A stretch of DNA of 64,000 nt from Pyrinomonadaceae bacterium (lineage in GTDB: Bacteria > Acidobacteriota > Blastocatellia > Pyrinomonadales > Pyrinomonadaceae): NCBI GenBank assembly GCA_036003745.1, contig DASYSD010000019.1, positions 1,500 to 65,499 of the forward strand. The letters are read 5' to 3'. Positions 59,372-64,000 of this stretch are shown here, in pieces. The stretch's first letter is position 1; the number at the start of each line of letters is the position of its first letter. The translations under genes and the position numbers were made by a program. The notes beneath the pieces are model-generated. The model ran no database searches. It was not told the DNA's origin and saw only the letters and a program-made list of their open reading frames with translations.

Positions 59372-60109
59372 ATGACATTATTTTTAGTACGCAGCCTCCT
59401 TGCAGTCTCCCTGGTATTTACTCTATCGGCGACACTTCTGGCCCAGCAGAGCCAGAAGCAGCAGCCTCTGACAAACGCGGCGGTAGTAAAACTCGCCAAA
59501 GCCGGGTTCAAGGAAAAAACGATCATTTCGATTATCTCCGCGCGCATTCCCGCATTCGACCTCTCACCGGATCGAATGATCGATCTCAAGCGGAGCGGCG
59601 TCACGGAAAAGATAATCGTCGCAATGCTCGCTCGTCAGGAAGGAATGGATCCGTTTGACGATGACACGTGGGGCGACGATTCGTCTCTTGGAAGCACGTT
59701 AGAGATGCCCAAGGGCTCAAGCCCGAATGGCGGATCCGATCCGGGTACCAACATTTTCGGTTCCAGCGGAGGATCGAAAGGTCAAACCAGAAGCCGCGGT
59801 GGAAATGCATCTGCTTCCGGCGACACGGTCACAACCGGTAGTGCCACCGTACGTATCCTGCGACCACCTACCGAAGCCGGCGGCAACGGATCAACCAAAC
59901 TCGAAAAAGCGAAGACGCTGACAAATGATTCGATTGTGGAGCTGGTGGAAGCAGGTTTTTCCGAAGGGACCATCATTCGCAGAATCGAGCAGTCGCCTGT
60001 CGAATTCGATCTCGCTGTTCCGAAGTTGGAAGAACTGCGAAAGCAGCGAGTCAGCGACAAGATCCTGGCGGCCATGAAAGCCGCAATGGGCGACGAGTCG
60101 ATCAAGTAG
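59372..60109 (+). CDS. Secreted protein with two copies of a ~55-aa LTN..V..L..AGF...II..I....FDL....LK...V...I.AM module separated by a Gly/Ser-rich linker
   Basis: Signal peptide. The internal duplication is visible by eye between LTNAAVVKLAKAGFKEKTIISIISARIPAFDL... and LTNDSIVELVEAGFSEGTIIRRIEQSPVEFDL... Confidence 0.75.
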   Translation: MTLFLVRSLLAVSLVFTLSATLLAQQSQKQQPLTNAAVVKLAKAGFKEKTIISIISARIPAFDLSPDRMIDLKRSGVTEKIIVAMLARQEGMDPFDDDTWGDDSSLGSTLEMPKGSSPNGGSDPGTNIFGSSGGSKGQTRSRGGNASASGDTVTTGSATVRILRPPTEAGGNGSTKLEKAKTLTNDSIVELVEAGFSEGTIIRRIEQSPVEFDLAVPKLEELRKQRVSDKILAAMKAAMGDESIK

Positions 60110-60180
60110 CCGCTTTGGATCCGAACACATTATTTTCGGAAATCAGTGACTGTTCGTCATTTCCACAATCTTGGAGAGAG

Positions 60181-60250
60181 ATTTCTCCCGCAAAGGCACA
60201 AAGCGCTGCCGCGTTTCTAACGGTTTTCTTTGCGCCTTTGCGGGAGAAAT
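60181..60250. repeat. Palindromic hairpin element (CGCAAAGG-type)
   Basis: 23-nt arms ATTTCTCCCGCAAAGGCACAAAG (60181-60203) / CTTTGCGCCTTTGCGGGAGAAAT (60228-60250) with 1 mismatch. Confidence 0.8.
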
Positions 60251-60279
60251 TCCCCCAAGAATAAGCTCAGGGTTGCGTC

Positions 60280-61452
60280 ATGAGACCGGCAGGTAAAAAA
60301 AGACTTTCAATCCGAACCATGCTGCTGTTTAGCATGGCAGCTTTTCTTTTGTTGTCTCTATGCCTGGATGACGCTGGGCTGATTTCCAGTGCCCAGAAAA
60401 ACCCGCAACAGAAACCCAGGCCTTCCGCCCGAACCAAGGCCGCTCCTACGCCGACTCCATCTGCCACTGACGCTCTTGGTGCACCGCCTCCCGTTCCCAC
60501 TTTGAAGAAACAACCGGAACAGGAAGTAACTCCCGGCGACGTAATCTCGGTAATGACCACAGAGGTGTTGTTGCCGGTAACCGTGCGCGACTCGAGTGGG
60601 AGGTTGGTAAAGGATCTAACCCGCAACGACTTTCGGGTGTACGAAGATGGCAGCCAGCAACCGGTGAATGATCTGGCGCTGAGGGAAGTGCCTGTCGATG
60701 CTGTACTGATGGTTGATGCCTCATCGTCAGTTGCCACTAACATCGACGACTTTCGTCGTGCCGCCGAAGGCTTTGCCGCGAGACTGAATGAGGACGATCG
60801 CATCAGCCTGATCAAGTTTGATGATCGCGTAGAGTTGCTGCAGGACTGGACTCGCAGTCGTTTTCAACTGCGGCGGGCGCTGGCTCGAATCGAGCCCGGA
60901 ATGTTCACTCGGTTCAATGACGCGCTGCTGTTGGCCTCCCGCGAACAGTTTGGCGACACAAAGTCGCGCCGCGCCGTGATTGTGCTAACGGATGGCATCG
61001 ATAGTGGCCGCGGAACTACGACGCTTGCAGGCGCTCTTGAAGCTCTGCTTCGGGCGCAAGCCACGATCTATGTGGTGAGCAATACGGAGATTTCACGCGC
61101 CGCCAAACGTGCCGAGTTGGATAATCTACTGAATGGATCCAGCAGTACCGTGCGCTTTAACCAAATACGCATTGATGATCTGAAAGAGGGCTTAAAGGTC
61201 CTGGACCAAAGCGAAAAAAACCTTGAACAATTGGCCGATGCAACAGGCGGCCGTCTTTACAAGCCGCTTACGTTTCAGGCTCTCGACTCGACCTACGCCG
61301 AAGTTGCTGATGAACTGAGACATCAGTATGGCCTTTATTATCCTCCCTTGAATAAGACCCGTGATGGTGGTTTTCGGCGCGTGCGAGTGGAACTCACCAA
61401 TCCGGCCTACAAGGCCCACACCCGCGTCGGATATTTTGCACCGGCTCGTTAA
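60280..61452 (+). CDS. VWA domain protein of the acidobacterial VWFA-related type
   Basis: Signal or anchor segment. The N-terminal block VLLPVTVRDSSGRLVKDLTRNDFRVYEDGSQQPV is followed by the VWA MIDAS-like motif VDAVLMVDASSSV. The pattern resembles TIGR03436 from memory; no search was run. Confidence 0.8.
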   Translation: MRPAGKKRLSIRTMLLFSMAAFLLLSLCLDDAGLISSAQKNPQQKPRPSARTKAAPTPTPSATDALGAPPPVPTLKKQPEQEVTPGDVISVMTTEVLLPVTVRDSSGRLVKDLTRNDFRVYEDGSQQPVNDLALREVPVDAVLMVDASSSVATNIDDFRRAAEGFAARLNEDDRISLIKFDDRVELLQDWTRSRFQLRRALARIEPGMFTRFNDALLLASREQFGDTKSRRAVIVLTDGIDSGRGTTTLAGALEALLRAQATIYVVSNTEISRAAKRAELDNLLNGSSSTVRFNQIRIDDLKEGLKVLDQSEKNLEQLADATGGRLYKPLTFQALDSTYAEVADELRHQYGLYYPPLNKTRDGGFRRVRVELTNPAYKAHTRVGYFAPAR

Positions 61453-61475
61453 AGCGAGTGTAAGGGAGCTCTCCG

Positions 61476-63140
61476 TTGGAACACGGAACGACAGACAGCA
61501 TATTCTCGACTACCGGTGTCTCGTCCGATAGGTGGATCGACCTGCGGATGATTTCGACGATGCGGCTGGTACTTGCCGCATCGGCGCTATTCATCAACAT
61601 GCTCCAACCCACCGAAGCAAGCGCGCTTTCCGGAGCGAACATAGCGCTCGGTTTTTATACTGTTTACGGTCTGGTGGTCTATGTACTGTCGATCAGACGC
61701 AGCGCCCTGCTCCCGCAAAGAATTCTGCATTGGCTCGATCTGCTTTGGTATGTACCTCTGATCGCCCTGAGTAGCGGCACTAATAGTATCTTCTTTTTCT
61801 TTCTCTTCTTTTCCATCCTCGTGGCCTCATTTGGGTGGGGTTTTACCGAAGGGATACGGATCACGCTCGTTGCCGCCTCTCTTTTTACGATCGTGGGCGT
61901 GGTAACTCGGACGGACAATACGTTTGAGTTGGAGAGATTTCTGCTGCGGCCAACTTCTCTTCTTATTTTGGGCTACATGATTGCTTACTGGGGTGGCTAC
62001 GAAGTAAAGCTAAAGCGCCGCCTTGGACTACTGAAAGATATCTCCGCCTTCTCGGATCCGCGCTTTGGGTTAGACCATACTGTGAGCCGGATGATGGACA
62101 GCCTCCGTCGTTTCTATGCAGCCGATTCGTGTCTTCTCGTGGTCCAGGTTCCGGGAGGAAGCTTCCAATTGCGGAAAGTCAGTGCTACCACAGCAGGCGA
62201 GTGCATCGTGAAAACTGTACCTGATGAAATGGCCGCTATCTTGCTGTCGCCATCACCTCCTGCAGCTCTGATCTTTCATAAACGGAAGTCAAAGAGGCTG
62301 CTCTACGACGTTCGAACAGGGCTATCCTCTCACGATGTGTCAGCAACTTTCGCGACGATTGCAAACACGTTGGAAGCAAACGAGTTCATGTCGTTGCCGC
62401 TCTATTACCAGGGCAGGCCGGTGGGGCGCTTCTATCTCGTCGACTCTTCGCAGCCTCTCGACGATTCAGATATTGCATTTGTGCTCCAATTGATTGAGCA
62501 CGTCATTCCGGCCCTCGACAACATCCGCCTCGTTGATCGGCTCGCATCAGAAGCAGCAGAATACGAACGCCAACGAATCGCGCGTGATATACACGACGGC
62601 GTAATTCAGCCTTACATCGGACTTCAATTAGGCCTTGCCGCTATTCGTCAGAAAATGGAGCGTGGAGATACCGACGTTGCCCGCGACGTTAAAGAGCTTA
62701 CGGCAATGACGATGACAGAAATTGAAGAACTGCGTCATTACATTCGCGGACTTAAAGCGAGCGAGCGCCACGACACTATGCTCTTGCCGGCAATTCGACG
62801 CTTTGCCTCAAAGTTTTCGGCCGCCACGGGAATTGCGGTCGACGTGAAGGCTACGAACCACATCGGAATCAAAGACCGGCTGGCGGCGGAGATCTTCCAG
62901 ATGGTTACCGAGGGTTTCAGCAATATCAGGCGGCACACTCATTCACCTCGAGCCGAGGCGGAATTGGACTACAGTAAAGGTGTCTTTGTTTTAAACATTA
63001 AGAATTCTAACGACAATGGAACTCGTGCGGCTTTTCATCCTCGTTCGCTCGCTGAGCGAGCCGTCGCGCTCGGAGGTAAGCTCGAGGTCTATACAGACAA
63101 TATGAATCAGACAGTTGTAAGTATCCACATTCCCTTATAA
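61476..63140 (+). CDS. Membrane sensor histidine kinase (HisKA_3 / NarX-type) with a GAF-like middle domain
   Basis: Several N-terminal TM segments. H-box RQRIARDIHDGVIQ. HATPase_c region with N- and G-box-like motifs. The start (TTG 61476 versus ATG 61548) is uncertain. Confidence 0.85.
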   Translation: MEHGTTDSIFSTTGVSSDRWIDLRMISTMRLVLAASALFINMLQPTEASALSGANIALGFYTVYGLVVYVLSIRRSALLPQRILHWLDLLWYVPLIALSSGTNSIFFFFLFFSILVASFGWGFTEGIRITLVAASLFTIVGVVTRTDNTFELERFLLRPTSLLILGYMIAYWGGYEVKLKRRLGLLKDISAFSDPRFGLDHTVSRMMDSLRRFYAADSCLLVVQVPGGSFQLRKVSATTAGECIVKTVPDEMAAILLSPSPPAALIFHKRKSKRLLYDVRTGLSSHDVSATFATIANTLEANEFMSLPLYYQGRPVGRFYLVDSSQPLDDSDIAFVLQLIEHVIPALDNIRLVDRLASEAAEYERQRIARDIHDGVIQPYIGLQLGLAAIRQKMERGDTDVARDVKELTAMTMTEIEELRHYIRGLKASERHDTMLLPAIRRFASKFSAATGIAVDVKATNHIGIKDRLAAEIFQMVTEGFSNIRRHTHSPRAEAELDYSKGVFVLNIKNSNDNGTRAAFHPRSLAERAVALGGKLEVYTDNMNQTVVSIHIPL

Positions 63141-63158
63141 CATTCCAATTTCGAATAA

Positions 63159-63842
63159 ATGTCAGCCCCCGATCCAACCTCATCCCCAATTCGAATTCTG
63201 ATAGTCGACGACCACCTTGTGGTGCGCGCCGGACTCCACATGCTGATAGATAATCATCCGGGAATGAGCGTGGTGGCGATGGCGAGCAATCGCTCTGAGG
63301 CTCTTGAACTTGCCGCCAGTACTTCACCGAATTTGATACTTCTGGATCTGGATCTGGGAGGTGAAAACGGGTTGGATTTCATCACGCAACTGCGCGAAAC
63401 AACACCGAGCGCTCGAATCCTGGTCCTAACCGGTGTGCGCGATACAGATGCGCACCGCCAGGCCGTACAACTCGGCGCGATGGGAGTAGTCCTTAAGGAG
63501 CACGCCCCGGATGTGCTGATCAAGGCTATCGAGAAGGTCCATGCCGGAGAGATTTGGCTCGACCGTCCGACGCTGGGTCGAATACTGCGCGAGATGTCAC
63601 TAAGGGACGAAAAAGAGATTGATCCAGAGGTGGCCAAGATAGGGTCTCTGACTCAACGAGAACGAGAGGTCGTGGCACTTATCGCTGAGGGACTCAAAAA
63701 TAAACAGATCGCCCAACGACTGTTCATCAGTGAGACTACAGTTACACACCACCTCAGTTCCATCTACTCAAAGCTGGGCGTTTCAGACAGACTCGAATTA
63801 GTAATCTACGCGTTCGCTCATAAGCTCGCCGGCAAGCCCTAA
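63159..63842 (+). CDS. Response regulator, NarL/LuxR family
   Basis: Receiver domain (ILIVDDH...LILLDLDL) and a LuxR HTH (LTQREREVVALIAEGLKNKQIAQRLFISETTVTHHLSSIYSKLGV). Confidence 0.93.
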   Translation: MSAPDPTSSPIRILIVDDHLVVRAGLHMLIDNHPGMSVVAMASNRSEALELAASTSPNLILLDLDLGGENGLDFITQLRETTPSARILVLTGVRDTDAHRQAVQLGAMGVVLKEHAPDVLIKAIEKVHAGEIWLDRPTLGRILREMSLRDEKEIDPEVAKIGSLTQREREVVALIAEGLKNKQIAQRLFISETTVTHHLSSIYSKLGVSDRLELVIYAFAHKLAGKP

Positions 63843-63856
63843 CCATAAAAACTCAG

Positions 63857-63888
63857 AAATCCCACCAACGGCAGTTGGTGGGATTTTT
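63857..63888. terminator. Bidirectional intrinsic terminator
   Basis: 13-bp stem AAATCCCACCAAC / GTTGGTGGGATTT with loop GGCA and a following T-run. An A-run on the left side serves the convergent gene. Confidence 0.75.
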
Positions 63889-63918
63889 GACTTTTTTGTG
63901 CAAAGCCGGCTTTAGGTT

Positions 63919-64000
63919 TTAGATAAACATTCTTGCGACGGCCCACGCGATGAGCAGGCTGACGAATCCTCCCGAGAACGTAAACGCACGCTCGGCAGGT
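63919..64000 (-). CDS. C-terminal end of an unidentified, probably membrane protein, truncated by the window edge
   Basis: The minus-strand frame is open to the window edge and ends ...FSGGFVSLLIAWAVARMFI*. The fragment is too short to classify. Confidence 0.3.
   Translation of the reverse strand, partial: PAERAFTFSGGFVSLLIAWAVARMFI

Noticed and set aside
1-64000. Prophage, integrative element, transposon or genomic-island boundaries.
   Set aside because: No integrase, transposase, tRNA gene or long direct repeats were seen. The hairpin elements have no associated transposase and no evident target-site duplications.

Overview
The window is a high-GC chromosomal segment, most likely from an Acidobacteria-type genome. 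That assignment is an inference from an acidobacterial-style VWA protein, a DUF1800/DUF1501 pair and the hairpin repeat families. I found no rRNA, tRNA, CRISPR array, transposase or integrase.

Gene content, left to right:
- The 3' part of groEL.
- A minimal M50 site-2 protease with a small membrane protein, divergent from a sensor-less sigma-54 activator.
- A three-gene minus-strand operon: DUF1800, DUF1501, and a 1241-aa secreted CxxCH/DUF11/PQQ-sugar-dehydrogenase/CHRD/Calx-beta protein.
- A polymorphic-toxin locus: a small secreted protein, a ~4295-aa Sec-signal RHS/YD protein with 13 PKD-like repeats and a divergent C-terminal tip, a candidate immunity gene and a short YD-like secreted protein.
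- A RutE-like nitroreductase.
- A MacAB/DevCBA-like ABC efflux operon (two FtsX permeases, an adaptor and an ATPase).
- A C-N hydrolase, a zinc-ribbon membrane protein and a fused membrane/spermidine-synthase-like protein.
- A polyprenyl-type glycosylation cluster (GT2, GT2-methyltransferase, two large polytopic membrane proteins).
- A complete Tad/Flp pilus locus followed by an AAA+ ATPase, a lytic transglycosylase, a VWA protein and a NarL-type two-component system.

The two 56-aa flp pilin genes are absent from the ORF track because they are under 60 aa.

Most notable observations:
- The two flp paralogs each carry a sigma-54 -24/-12 element, an upstream palindrome and a conserved structured leader.
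- The RHS C-terminal tip and its candidate immunity gene belong to no family I recognise.
- The bEBP leader has an SD / anti-SD / decoy-SD layout.
- A domain is shared between the DUF1800 protein and the multidomain oxidoreductase.
- Several families of intergenic palindromic elements create false N-terminal ORF extensions.
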